Assembly (NCBI RefSeq): GCF_964194025.1
Contig: NC_134476.1
Coordinates: 27,280,001-27,344,000 of the forward strand
Source of the DNA: Convolutriloba macropyga
Taxonomy: Eukaryota
DNA length: 64,000 nt
Direction of reading: 5' to 3'
Position numbers and translations under genes: made by a program. Positions 38,936-51,920 of this stretch are shown piece by piece (position 1 is the stretch's first letter; every line of letters starts with the position of its first letter). The notes beneath the pieces were generated by a model that was given only the letters and a program-made list of their open reading frames with translations, did no database searches and was not told the DNA's origin.

Positions 38936-41900
38936 AAAAGTCTGAATCAGAGCAACATAGAACATACAAGTTTAAGAGTCAACTCTTATGAAAATTGCCC
39001 AAAATGTCAAAACGGTCAAGCAAAAAAGTTGCACAAAACGACCTGAAAAATTGCTTCAAACTTTATCGAGAGCGATAAACAAGAAATTTTAAAGCAAAAA
39101 AACTCATCAAAATGTTTTCAGCAAATTGTCAAAGTTAGAAAACCAATAGTTCTATATAAAGAATCAGTCAATGAAAAAAAAATGCACCACAAAGAAGGCC
39201 AGCTTTCAATAACATGGAATAACAAAATGAAAAAGAAGCAATAAATGTGGGCAGAAAAGGGTCCAAATTTGTGGGCAGAAAAGGGAACTCATTTAATTTA
39301 GAGTTGAAGTAAGTTTTCGTCATGAACTTAACACCTATCTATTTAAACACTAAATCAACTTTTCAAATTTGATTTGCACTATTGAATACATCTTCTAACT
39401 ATTAATTATCCTTTGCAAAAACAGAATAGCAAATGTTTAAAAAAATGCTCTTAAATCTGATCAAAATAATCAAAAAAGAGGAAAGTAATACAAAAACACC
39501 GCTCTACCACAATGTGTGCAGCTCATGTGTAAAACCATTAATTCAATTTTTCAGATTTGATTTGCACTATTGAATACATCTTCTACCTAATAGTTATCAA
39601 TTGCGAAAACAGGATAGCAAATGTTTGCAAAAATGCCCTTAATTCTGATCAAAATAATCAAAAGAGGAAAGTAATACAAAAACGCCGCTCTTTAACACTG
39701 TGAAAGTTGGCTGGTCCTGTGTCCTCACCCTCGCCCTACTAAGAGTGACAAAAAACTAGGCACGCGATTCAGTTGAAATTGCATGAATGAAGGGAAAAAA
39801 AGTAGATTTGAATTAAGCGTGAAGTCATATGTTCAAAACAAATCTTACCGACAAAAAGCGAGAGAGGGACAATGCGAGCTCGCTAAAGCAGCTATAAAAA
39901 TAGATATACAGACAGACCTAGAAAATTGAAATCCAAAGAATGGGTAGCAAAAATAAAAAAAAACTATGAAAAGCACATATCATCCCTCAATAAAAACTAC
40001 TATTGAAACGTCACCAATTTCGATCCGCTTTATCGAACTAAAGGTTTATCCGCATTGAAAATTGGTCGACGGACCATTTGCTCTCGAACGACTGGCGAAA
40101 TTTAAATAAAACTAATTTTGGGTGCGCTTCTAATCGTAAATTTAGAAGTAAGCTAACACATAATTTAGAGAATTAAATTCTGTATGAGAGCAATTTTACT
40201 CAGGCAAAAAAGAAATGAAAAAGTTACTCGAAAAATAAAATCCGTCAAACTAAAGACAATGAGTCGCAGAAATGCAGAAATGAAAGGCCGATCAAAGACC
40301 TAAGAAATTGCTTAAAACTTTGTTTCAAAACAACTAAGAAAAAACATGAACATCTTCAGATAACTCTCAAAAATTTTTATCTGATTAAGTTGTCTGATGT
40401 CCAAATTTTCCAAGCAGTCATACGCATTCTGCTCTTGAAAAGTCTGAATCAGAGCAACATAGAACATACAAGTTTAAGAGTCAACTCTTATGAAAATTGC
40501 CCAAAATGTCAAAACGGTCAAGCAAAAAAGTTGCACAAAACGACCTGAAAAATTGCTTCAAACTTTATCGAGAGCGATAAACAAGAAATTTTAAAGCAAA
40601 AAAACTCATCAAAATGTTTTCAGCAAATTGTCAAAGTTAGAAAACCAATAGTTCTATATAAAGAATCAGTCAATGAAAAAAAATGCACCACAAAGAAGGC
40701 CAGCTTTCAATAACATGGAATAACAAAATGAAAAAGAAGCAATAAATGTGGGCAGAAAAGGGTCCAAATTTGTGGGCAGAAAAGGGAACTCATTTAATTT
40801 AGAGTTGAAGTAAGTTTTTGTCATGAACTTAACACCTATCTATTTAAACACTAAATCAACTTTTCAAATTTGATTTGCACTATTGAATACATCTTCTAAC
40901 TATTAATTATCCTTTGCAAAAACAGAATAGCAAATGTTTGCAAAAATGCTCTTAAATCTGATCAAAATAATCAAAAAAGAGGAAAGTAATACAAAAACAC
41001 CGCTCTACCACAATGTGTGCAGCTCATGTGTAAAACCATTAATTCAATTTTTCAGATTTGATTTGCACTATTGAATACATCTTCTACCTAATAGTTATCA
41101 ATTGCGAAAACAGGATAGCAAATGTTTGCAAAAATGCCCTTAATTCTGATCAAAATAATCAAAAGAGGAAAGTAATACAAAAACGCCGCTCTTTAACACT
41201 GTGAAAGTTGGCTGGTCCTGTGTCCTCACCCTCGCCCTACTAAGAGTGACAAAAAACTTTAGGCACGCGATTCAGTTGAAATTGCATGAATGAAGGGAAA
41301 AAAAGTAGATTTGAATTAAGCGTGAAGTCATATGTTCAAAACAAATCTTACCGACAAATAGCGAGAGAGGGACAATGCGAGCTCGCTAAAGCAGCTATAA
41401 AAATAGATATACAGACAGACCTAGAAAATTGAAATCCAAAGAATGGGTAGCAAAAAAAAAAAAAAACTATGAAAAGCACATATCATCCCTCAATAAAAAC
41501 TACTATTGAAACGTCACCAATTTCGATCCGCTTTATCGAACTAAAGGTTTATCCGCATTGAAAATTGGTCGACGGACCATTTGCTCTCGAACGACTGGCG
41601 AAATTTAAATAAAACTAATTTTGGGCGCGCTTCTAATCGTAAATTTAGAAGTAAGCTAACACATAATTTAGAGAATTAAATTCTGTATGAGAGCAATTTT
41701 ACTCAGGCAAAAAAGAAATGAAAAAGTTACTCGAAAAATAAAATCCGTCAAACTAAAGACAATGAGTCGCAGAAATGCAGAAATGAAAGGCCGATCAAAG
41801 ACCTAAGAAATTGCTGAAAACTTTGTTTCAAAACAACTAAGAAAAAACATGAACATCTTCAGATAACTCTCATAAATTTTTATCTGATTAAGTTGTCTGA

Positions 41901-41945
41901 TGTCCAAATTTTCCAAGCAGTCATACGCATTCTGCTCTTGAAAAG
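38936..41945. repeat. Near-identical tandem duplication, ~1.5-kb unit
   Basis: TCTGAATCAGAGCAACATAG at 38941 and 40443 (offset 1502); units differ by only a few substitutions and homopolymer lengths. Each unit has an internal ~190-bp diverged tandem repeat. Confidence 0.95.
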
Positions 41946-42449
41946 TACAACAACGCACTTTTCGCTCCTTTTACTACTCCAGTGTCATTAAAAGCGCCAC
42001 TCTATTTTGAATTCGCATTGAAAAAGCCGAAAAAAAGACCGCTTACCACTACAATTCAAATTCTTATATTGTGAGAAAACTAAAATTCGTAAATTGCACT
42101 ACTACGAAAAAAAGACAACACGTCCTGGATTTTGTCAAAACTGCATGAAATATGAACAAAAAGACAATGAAGTGCTCGTGACGTTATATGACAAAAAAAA
42201 CTTGAAGACGAAATAAAAACCCAAAGAAGGCCAATAATAGTCTCATCTATTGCCTTGCGGCTATTAAAAAACTCTGTACAATGCATAAACAATTTTTAAG
42301 AAGATGAAAAACTACAACTTTATTTGCCAGAAGATAGCGGCGATAACTACGTATATCTGTAGTAGTAAAGATCGTGAAAACAGAAGATCGCAAAAACAAA
42401 AAGAAATTTTGTCTTATCATTAAATGTTCAGTTGCTATATTGCTACTAA

Positions 42450-45400
42450 GAATCTTTATAACTTAGTGTTGCCTCTATTAGATGATCTTAAATAACTTCC
42501 AATTAGAGTGACATAAACTTGACAGTAGTAACCTTCAATAACTTAGTGACACACACACGCTCACTTGACCTTATAGCCTTAAAGCAAAATAAATTCTAGA
42601 GAGCAAAATAAATTCTTAAATTAAAGCAAAATAATTTCTAGTCATTTTTGAGAAAGCGGTAATTAACTTGTGACCAAAAAGGGCACCGAAAAGAACAAAA
42701 TTCTTGCTCCACTACGAGTAAAAAAAATGATGTCACACGCGCAATACAGTCAAAATAGCAAGATCGTACGAAAAAGCAGATTTGAAGTAATTGTGACATG
42801 GTTGTAATAAAAATCTTGACGACGAAATGCTAAAACACCATGAGAACGCCAATAATAATCCCGGCTATCGCTTTACGGCTATTAATAAAACAAATATATA
42901 TAAAAGAAAGTAGGAGACCAAATTTCCAATCAATTAGTTTGCAGCGTTTGATCAATTTACCAATGACTTACCTGCCGCAGTTTGAAGTACAGTGCAAAAA
43001 ACATAGCCGCAAGAGATCCGGAAACAACTCATAATCGACTTCGCCGAAAAAACCTCCTTTCAGATATCCAGTACCTACTATCACAAGGCCAGAAAAAATT
43101 AAACATTTCTCAATTTTCATCTCTATGAAATAGTAAAAGAAAATGCCTGGCAATATTAAGTTTCAACTCAGTTAATAACAAATGAAATACAGCAAAGAAA
43201 TGGGCAAAATATTGCTCAAATAGCCGAATAATCCGTAAAATCGTTGAAAAACCTCATATTAGCGGAAAAACACCCTTCAATTATTGAAACGCTTAAGCTC
43301 TATCAAATCAGCAGAAAATTGTTAACTTATTCTTCAATAACTTTTCAGACTACATAAAATACATAAAACAAAAAAACAGCATGAAAAAGACGCACGTCGA
43401 CAAAAAATTTGCTCACAAAGCAAGAACTTTTTACATCTATTTTTCTCGCTAAGTTTCAAAAGACAGTATTAACAAGAAACCGCTCTCACATTTCTCCGCA
43501 CTTCGAGTTTGTTCCACAAAACAACTTCAAATTTTATTCTTTCCCTGAAATTATGGTTCCCTTGCTCGCCCATTTATCTAAAAACATTGCTGGCAGATTA
43601 CGGGAATAGCTGCGAAAGAAGAGACTTGCGTGCCCGATAATAGATAGATATATATCGAAAAATTTATCGACGCCGCTCAAAAAGCTATGTAAAAAAACAG
43701 CAATAAATTAATAAAGCTCGTTAAAATTCATTGCGCAGAAGACTTCATTAGAGATCATTATTACAATTATTACATATGAGTTCATTTGACCTTAAATTAA
43801 TTCAAAATAAAGTTTTAAAGTGCCAAAGTCATTTTATTGGGTGAGGTAAGTCACTTATGATCAAAATCTAATCACGCAAAAAACTTTTCCTAGAGTGAAA
43901 AATGCCGTCACACGCGCAAAAACAGTTAGAGGAAGAAGACATTCAGAACGTTTGACTTGTTCAGCTTTGCTGTGTGAACAAATGTAAAACGAAAAAGAGC
44001 GCCATAGGACGAAAGAAAAAAACATAGCACGACAAGTGTTGACATAAAATTCATGTCATTGACTAAACAAAAAACTAAACCTAAAACGAACTATGAGTGT
44101 ATTGGGAAAACCATTTCTTAAAAAAATCAGATAAAAAACAAAATCAATGTCAAAACGCCGCAAGTGAACGAAAGACCACTAGCAAGAAAAGAATTTTTGG
44201 TTCAAACAAAAACAAGGCCTAGAACGAACTATGAATGGATTTGGAAACCATTTAGAAAAAAGTTGTTATAATGTGACTCAGAATCTTTATAACTTAGTCT
44301 TGCCTCTATTAGCTGATCGTAAATAACTTCCAATTAGAGTGACAAAAACTTGACAGTAGTAACATTCAATAAGAGTCAAACAAACTTAGTGACACACACA
44401 CTCACTTGACCTTACCGCAAAGCACAAAAAAGTAAATTACACAGAGAGAGGAAGTTATTTTTGAGAATGCGGTAATTAACTTCTGACAAAAAAGGGCACC
44501 GAAATGAACAAAAATGTTGCTCCACTACGAGCAAAAAAAACGTCACAAGTGCAATACAGTCGAAATAGCATAAACGTACGAAAAAGCAGATTTCAAATAA
44601 TTGTAACATGGTTGTAACAAAAGTCTTGACAACGAAATGATAAAAAAAGACCAATAATAATCATCCTGGCTATCGCTTTACGGCTATTATTAAAAACAAA
44701 TGGATATAAAATAAAGTAGAAAACAATATTTCAAATCAATTCATTTGCAAGTTTGATCAATTTACGAATGACTTACTAGCCGCCGTTTGAAGTACAGTGC
44801 AAAAAACATAGCCGAAAGAGATCCGGAAAAACCTCATAGGCAACTTAACCGAAAAACTTGCTTTCAGATATTCAGTACCTACTGGCACAACGCCAATAAA
44901 AATTTAATATCTCTTTTTTCGTCTAAATTCATTAATGAAGTGAAATAATAAAAGAAAATGCCTGGCAATATTAGGTTTCAACTCAGTTAACAACAAATGT
45001 AATGGAGCAATGAAATGGGCAAAATATTGCTCAAATAGCCCAAAAATCCAAAAAAGGCAGAAAAACCGTCAATTTAGCGGAAAACACCCTTTAATCAAAA
45101 CGTTTAAGCTCTACCAGAAGCACTTGAATATTGTTAATTTAGTCTACAATAACTTTACATACCAAAAATAATACATAAAAACCAAAAAAACAGCATGAAA
45201 AAGACGCACATCGACCGATAAAATCGCTCACTTAGCAAAATTCTTTTCTTACCTACTTTTCTCCCTAAGTTTTAAAAGAGGGTATTAACAAGAAACCGCT
45301 CTCAGATTTCTCCGGACTTCAAGTTTGTTCAACAAAACAACTTCTCGAAATTTTGGTTCCCTGAAATTCTGGTTACCTGGCTTGCAAACTTATCAGAAAC

Positions 45401-46310
45401 CCGTCGTCGGCAAATTGCCGGAACAGCTGCGAAAGAAAAGAATTGCCGTATAAAAGAAATGGAAAGATATAAACGGAAAAATTTATCGACGCCGTACAAA
45501 AAGCTGAGTAAAAACACAGCGATTAAGTTTTAAAGCTCGTTAAAATTCATTGCGCAGAAGTCTTCATTAGAGACCATTATTACACATATGAGTATCTTTG
45601 ACCATAAATTGATTCAAAATAAACTTAAGTTTTAAAGTGCCAAAGTCATTTTATTGAGTGAGGTAAGTCAATAATGATCAAAATCTAGTCACGCGAAAAA
45701 CTTTTGCTAGAGAGATAGAAATGACGTCACGCGCGCAAAAGCAGTTACTGAGAGGAAAAATTCATTCAGAAAGTTTGACTTTTTCAGCTTTGCTGTGTGA
45801 ACAAGTGTAACACGAAAAAGAGCGTCAGAGGACGAAACAGAAAACATAGAAGTACAAGTCCTGAAGTACAATTCAAAGAATTGCCATTGAATAAACAAAA
45901 CAATAAACCTAGAACGGACTATGAGTGCATTGGGAAAAACCATTTCTAGAAGTCAAATAAAAAAATCAGTGTCAAAATGCCGTATGTGAACTAAAAACCA
46001 CCAGCGAGAAATGGCAGTTTGATTGAAACAACAAACTAGGCCTAGAATGAACTGTTATTGAATTCGGAAAACCATTGAGAAAAAAGTCTTTATAATGTGA
46101 CTCAGAATCTTTAAAACTTAGCGTTTCCTCTATTAGCTGATCTTAATTAACTTCCAATTAGAGTGAGATAAACTTGACAGTAGTAACATTCAATAAGAGT
46201 CACACAAACTTAGTGAAAAACACAACCACTTGAACTTATCGCCTTAAATTAAAGCGAAGAAAAGTAAATTGTAGTGAGCTAGTTGTTTTTGAGAATGCGG
46301 TAATTAACTT
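42450..46310. repeat. Older tandem duplication, ~1.83-kb unit, ~2.1 copies
   Basis: AGAATCTTTA(T/A)AACTTAG at ~42450, 44280 and 46104; collinear internal blocks (e.g. TTTGAAGTACAGTGCAAAAAACATAGCCG at ~42981 and ~44786). Confidence 0.85.
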
Positions 46311-48943
46311 GTTTGAATGCTTTTCATTGACTAAACAGAAAAATAGACCAAGAACGGACTATGAATGGATTGGGAAAACCATTTAGAAAAAAATCCGATC
46401 CAAAAAAAATCAAAAACCTGTAAAAATCAAAGTGAAATTGCCGCATGTGAACAAAAAAACACTAGCGAGAAAGCGAACACCGTTTTCTCACGCTTTTTTA
46501 AAATTAGAGTGAAAATCACGCCGCAAAACCATTCGCTTTTTCGCTCCACTTGGTGTTTCGGCGTGACGAAAATCACCACTCACAGTTGACTCTATATCAT
46601 GAACATAGCAGGCAGATTGCCAGAAAATGCCGCAATAGTTTCGTAGATCTGCAGTCTGAAAAAACGTAAAAAAGAAATTTGCCTTTTCATTAAAGGCTGA
46701 TATGTTATATTTTGATTAAAACCTGTATGTTTTTGCTGCCTCTTTTAGCTGCTCTCAAATAACCTTCAATTAGAGTGACACACACCCATTTCACCTGATC
46801 TCTTTGAATTAAAGTAAATAAAAGTCAATTTCAAAGTGAGGAAGTCATTTTTGTGAGTGAGGTAAATCAAGTTGTGACCAAAAATTTAATCACGCAAACG
46901 AACAAAAAAACTCGCTCCACTAAGAGCGAAAAATGACGCCACGCACGCACGCAGTTGAAATAGCATGAACGAATGAACAAAAAGCAGATTTGAAGTGGTT
47001 ATGACAAAAACCCAGAAGGACTATGATTGGGAAAATCATTTAGAAAAAAATTCTATAAAAAAATTTTTAAAAAACATGTGAGCAAAAAACCACTTGAGAG
47101 AAAGCTAATTTTTGTTCAAACACCTCTTTCTCACTCTACTTTAAAATTAGAGCGAAAAAATTTCACGCCGCAAAGCCACTCGCTGTTTTGCTCCACTTCA
47201 TGTTTCGGCGTGACTGAAATCACTAATCCAATTTGACTTCAAATATCATGAAAATGTGTGCACTTGAATGCCATCGATCTACTCATTAGACAAAACGTGC
47301 CTCCACTAATTTATGATTATCTTGAAACAAAACCATGAAACAAAACGCAAAAACAAGGAAACCAAATTTGTTAAAGTATGATAAAAATCTTGTCAAATTT
47401 TGTCATAAATTGAGATCCACAAATAACTATCTGTGCCAATATTACTTCATCAAAACAAATAGTAATTATTAAAACCACTTATGAGAATTTTGTAATACTT
47501 GAGGCCAAATCATGAAAAATAAGCTCGTACAAACAACTGGGACTAAAAAACTGGAAAAATTAACTAATTTGTGAATATTACAAAAGCACATAAATCCAAA
47601 GAAAAGTTCGTTTCATCAAATAGGGTACGCAGATGCTCGCAAAACAATAGGCAAGTCATATTAGGTTAACAAACTTGTCTAAAATACCGGAAAACAATGC
47701 AAAAAAATTTAAAAAAATTCAATTTTTGCCATTTTTTGTCATATTTTTCAACAAAAAATGCTTAAAAATGCTTCATATCCACAAAACTGAAACCACTTAA
47801 TATCTAAAAATTGTACAAGTAATAGGTGTCTTTTCAATGCCCATTTGAGGCAGTAAAACAAAACAATCTTTAACTGCAAAAGTTAGCCCAAAATTCAGCA
47901 AAATACATGAAAAACCTCCGAATGAGCATAAAATTCATATGAAGTTCCAGAAACCTTCAAACCACTACCAAAACCAGCCTACAATTAAAACAAAATCATA
48001 GCCAAACCGAAAAAAACCGCTTTGAAATTCCGCACATGAACAGAATTTTTTTTCACTCACAGAATTTTTTTTTTTTCACACCTCAATTTTTCGCTCTAGA
48101 AATCAGCGATATGAATAAAAAAACATTCTCATTTCGCTCCACTCTTCATTTTGTTCAGCAACAAAATCACTCCACATTTTTTATGTGTTTCATTTCCTGC
48201 TTCCTCCAATAAAATTGTTATTAAAAAAGGACTTCTCCAATACTCGTCGAGTCATAAAAAAAAGACAGCGTCCCAATACAATTCAAATTCTTTGAACTGT
48301 AAGAACCAAGAGCACCGCAAAATAGCTCCACTCAGCTTACAGCTTCGCAGCTAAAGAAAACAAAACCATAACATAACGCCTCTTCGAGTCGTAAAAACAA
48401 AGAGAAGGCTAATAATAGCCTCAGCTAAAGCTTTGCGGCTAATAAACAGGCACATAATTCCTCAATAACCACTTCCTTTATCAATAAATACTACTATTGA
48501 AATGTAAGCAAATTCGTGCCGCCTTAGCGTGCCAAGGGTTTTGCACATTAAAAATTGGTCGATGCTCGTTTTGTTCTCAAACGCCAGGCGAAACTAAAAA
48601 AAAACTAACTTTGGGCGCACTTAAGATTTGAAATTTAGTAGTAAACTGACACAACTTAATTTAGAGGCGTAAATTCTGTACGAGGAGCAATTTTGGTCAC
48701 GCAAAAATCAAACGCGAAAAAGTCAAATCCGCCAGACGAAAAACGCTCAGTCGAAAAATTGAAAGGCCTAGCAAAGACCCAAATAATTGCTAAAAAATTT
48801 GTTTAAAACAAGTGAGCATAACATTAACATTTTCAGATAACAACTCTTGTAAATTTATCTGATCAGGCTGTCTGGGGTCCAAACTTTTAATGCTGCCACA
48901 CGCATTCTGCTCTTGAAAAGTAAATCACGTGGAACTATAAAAC

Positions 48944-50044
48944 ATACCCGGCAGATTGCCGCAAAAAAGCCGCCGTTGATTCCCATAACTCTATTGGGAT
49001 TGAAAGAAAAGAAAATGTCAACGAAAATTGATTTTTGTACAAAAACATTTTTAAGTGCGCTTTATTTTGATGTCATTTCGTAGTTGAACATACTCCTGTC
49101 TCTCAGTGAGAGGCTACAGGGTCTAGTATCAATACCAATAAGCATTATAGATAGTAACTAAAACTTATGAGAACAAAGTTCAAGTACCGGGCATCTAAAA
49201 ATGGGCTTTATGGGTTTATCCCGCTTCTATTTCTGACTTTCTTCGAATTCTATTTCTGATTTTTATACTGACTCTCTTCATTTTGAATTGCTTTGCTGAG
49301 CAGCTGCTGTTCAAAAGGACTTTGAGCGGAAAGAGAGAAGAGAGAAACTAGCCTAGAGAAGTCAAAAAGATTTCACGCAAAATGTCGAAAAAGCGGCAAA
49401 AAGGTAAAGCGAAAAAAAGTTCGACGAAGTAAAAAAACATAGCAGGACAAGTCCTGACGTACAATTCAAAGAATTTTCATTGACTAAACAGAAAAACTAG
49501 ACCAAGAATGGACTATGAGTGAAATGAGAAAACCATTTTTTAAAAAATCAGATCAAAGAATAAGAAAAAAAACAGAAAATCAATGTCAAAATGCCGCATG
49601 TGAACAAAAAAACCACTAGCGAGAAATGAAAATTCAATTCAAACAAAAAACTATGCCTAGAATGAGCTGTGAATGGATTGGGAAAACCATTTAGAAAAAA
49701 ATCCGGTCCGAAAAATCGAAAAAACAGTAAAAATCAGAGTGAAATTGCCGCATGTGAACAAAAAACCACTAGCGAGAAAGCGAATTTTTGTTCCAACACC
49801 GTTTTCTCACTCTACTTTAAATTTAGAGCGAAAAAAATTCACGCCGCAAAATCACTCGCTTTTTCGCTCCATTTCTTGTTTCGGCGTGGCCAAAATCACT
49901 ACTCCAATTTGACTTCAAAAATCATGAAAATGTGTGAACAGATCTTTAAAAAAAAGACAGCGCCCCAATACAATTCAAATTCTTTCAATTGTAAAAAAAA
50001 TACGAGCGCTATAATAGCCGGCTGAGAAGATGAGGGCGGCTATT
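48944..50044 (-). mobile_element. HINE/Helentron-like family A copy
   Basis: CGGCAGATTGCCG at left; AATAGCCGGCTGAGAAGATGAGGGCGGCTATT at right; body similar to 22180-22590. Confidence 0.6.
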
Positions 50045-50136
50045 AACAATGTAAGACAATATGAAAAACTTCGCGCACGGAAGGAATATTTTTGGAACGA
50101 AGTACAGAAGATTAAGTCCGCAAAAAGCTCACTTGC

Positions 50137-50289
50137 CTCAATATTTTGTCCTTTTAACTTCTCCAAGACACTGTTCAGATATTTGTCTTCAACTTCAGCT
50201 CCAATAGCTTCTAGTACTGCAGTAACATTCTCCTTGTTGGGAACTTTGCCGCTCAAATGGACAAGCATACAGGCCGCTACGTACTTCAT
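50137..50289 (-). CDS. RPLP2: 60S acidic ribosomal protein P2, coding exon 1
   Basis: MKYVAACMLVHLSGKVPNKENVTAVLEAIGAEVEDKYLNSVLEKLKGQNIE (51 aa); donor GAG|GCAAGT. Joined protein is 113 aa. Confidence 0.9.
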
Positions 50290-50498
50290 GATCACACCTA
50301 AAATTATACCAAAACTATCAGTTCAACGTATAACAAAAGCATATTAATGAGAAAAACCATAAACAAAAACACCCAATTTATGAGCTTATGTCATTCATAA
50401 AAAGGCCACTAGGCTGGAAGCTATAATGCGAAAGCCCCAAAAAAAAAACTTATTAGTAGTTATATGCTATACTAGTAGTTATATTAGTAGTTATATGC

Positions 50499-50619
50499 TG
50501 ATAAAAGTAAACGCAGAAAATCTACTTGAAAGTCTGTTTTTGGTGTCAATATTAGTAGCAGACAAATATTGACGCCAAAAACAGGCTTTTAAGTGGATTT
50601 TGTGCGTTTACTTTTATCA
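50499..50619. repeat. Imperfect palindrome, ~55-bp arms
   Basis: TGATAAAAGTAAACGCA...GTCAATATT / AATATTGAC...TGCGTTTACTTTTATCA. Confidence 0.85.
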
Positions 50620-50944
50620 ATATTTATCAATAGTTTTGAACGATTCCTTTGATTATTGTCTTATTCGACGGATAATCGTCAAAGTTAAATAGATCTAAAT
50701 TCAGAATACAACAATTCAGAATAAAATTTCGGGATCTTTCCCTTTGCCCCCCCCCCCCAGCTTACTGGGTGCATATTATTTGCACCCCAACGTGCGCCAT
50801 ATCTTTATATAGTGATTTACTATGTAATGACACGAGCTCTGTAACTGGGCCTAAATAACAGACTGGGGTACGCTGGGTTACGGGTGCAACGATAAGCAGG
50901 ATTGGTCGCTGATGTCTGTGCGTGTATGGGGGGGGGGGCTGTGT

Positions 50945-50975
<31 letters not shown>

Positions 50976-51078
50976 GGGTCGAACACAAGAACGTTTTCAA
51001 ACCATGAAATTACGTCTCAAAAAGTTTTGTTCAATTCCATACATAGAGTATAGTAAGGCGGAGGGCTCTAAGCGAACT

Positions 51079-51920
51079 TAGACCTCAATTTTGCTGTCAA
51101 TAATAATCAAAAATAAAGTTAAGACTAATCACTAATTTGGTAAACTGATCAACCAAGAAGTCATTATTGCAGACTTTTCATGCGTTCTACATTTTTTTCA
51201 AGCTGACAAGATAGAAGAAAAATGAGCAATCAATTCAGCAAACTTCTTGGAAGCCTTAAGTCATGTTTCTTGGAAAAAAATTATTGGAAGTACAATTTTT
51301 CCCGAGAAAAAGAATTCACTTTTCAAAGATGATACAAGGGGATAATTCAAAAAAGGAAACAGTCACAAAGAATAAAAACTCTGGCAAAAAGATTTTTGTT
51401 AAGGTCTATTATTGATTCAATATCAAGAAATAATTTCATAGTTTGCTCGTTTTTAAAAACCAAAAAGAGTAACATTGAGGGTGACAAAAGAGTTTGCTGA
51501 CAACTTCTGCAATCCCTTTGCTCCTACATTAATAATTAGTTGAGATTATTAAAAAAAAAACAATTAAAGATGAATTTTCAAAAATTCGGAATAAAGAGCT
51601 AACAAAGAATTGAGTGCAAACAGCGATTTCGACGATAATTCAGTTTTGTAACGAGAACTGGTTTTGATTTGAAGAGAGTAAGAACTAGAAGAAACACACA
51701 AACAAAAACTCCAGGAAAAAACGAGTTGAAAAGTATTCTTTCGAAATATGCAGAACTCAAATCTTACTTTAAATTTCAATTGAATTCTCTCTGTTTTGAA
51801 CAGCAAAATTGAGGTCTAAATAGTTCTGGGACTCCTTGGGCAAATCGAGCTGTCGCAGACGCCCTCGTTTTTGAGCTCTAATTGCCTTCGGCTTCCCCGA
51901 ATTATATTCCAACATATACT
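51079..51920. mobile_element. Inverted second copy of the 6149-6969 element
   Basis: IRs TAGACCTCAATTTTGCTGT (51079) and ACAGCAAAATTGAGGTCTA (to 51818), followed by the same palindrome at 51819-51920. Confidence 0.7.
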
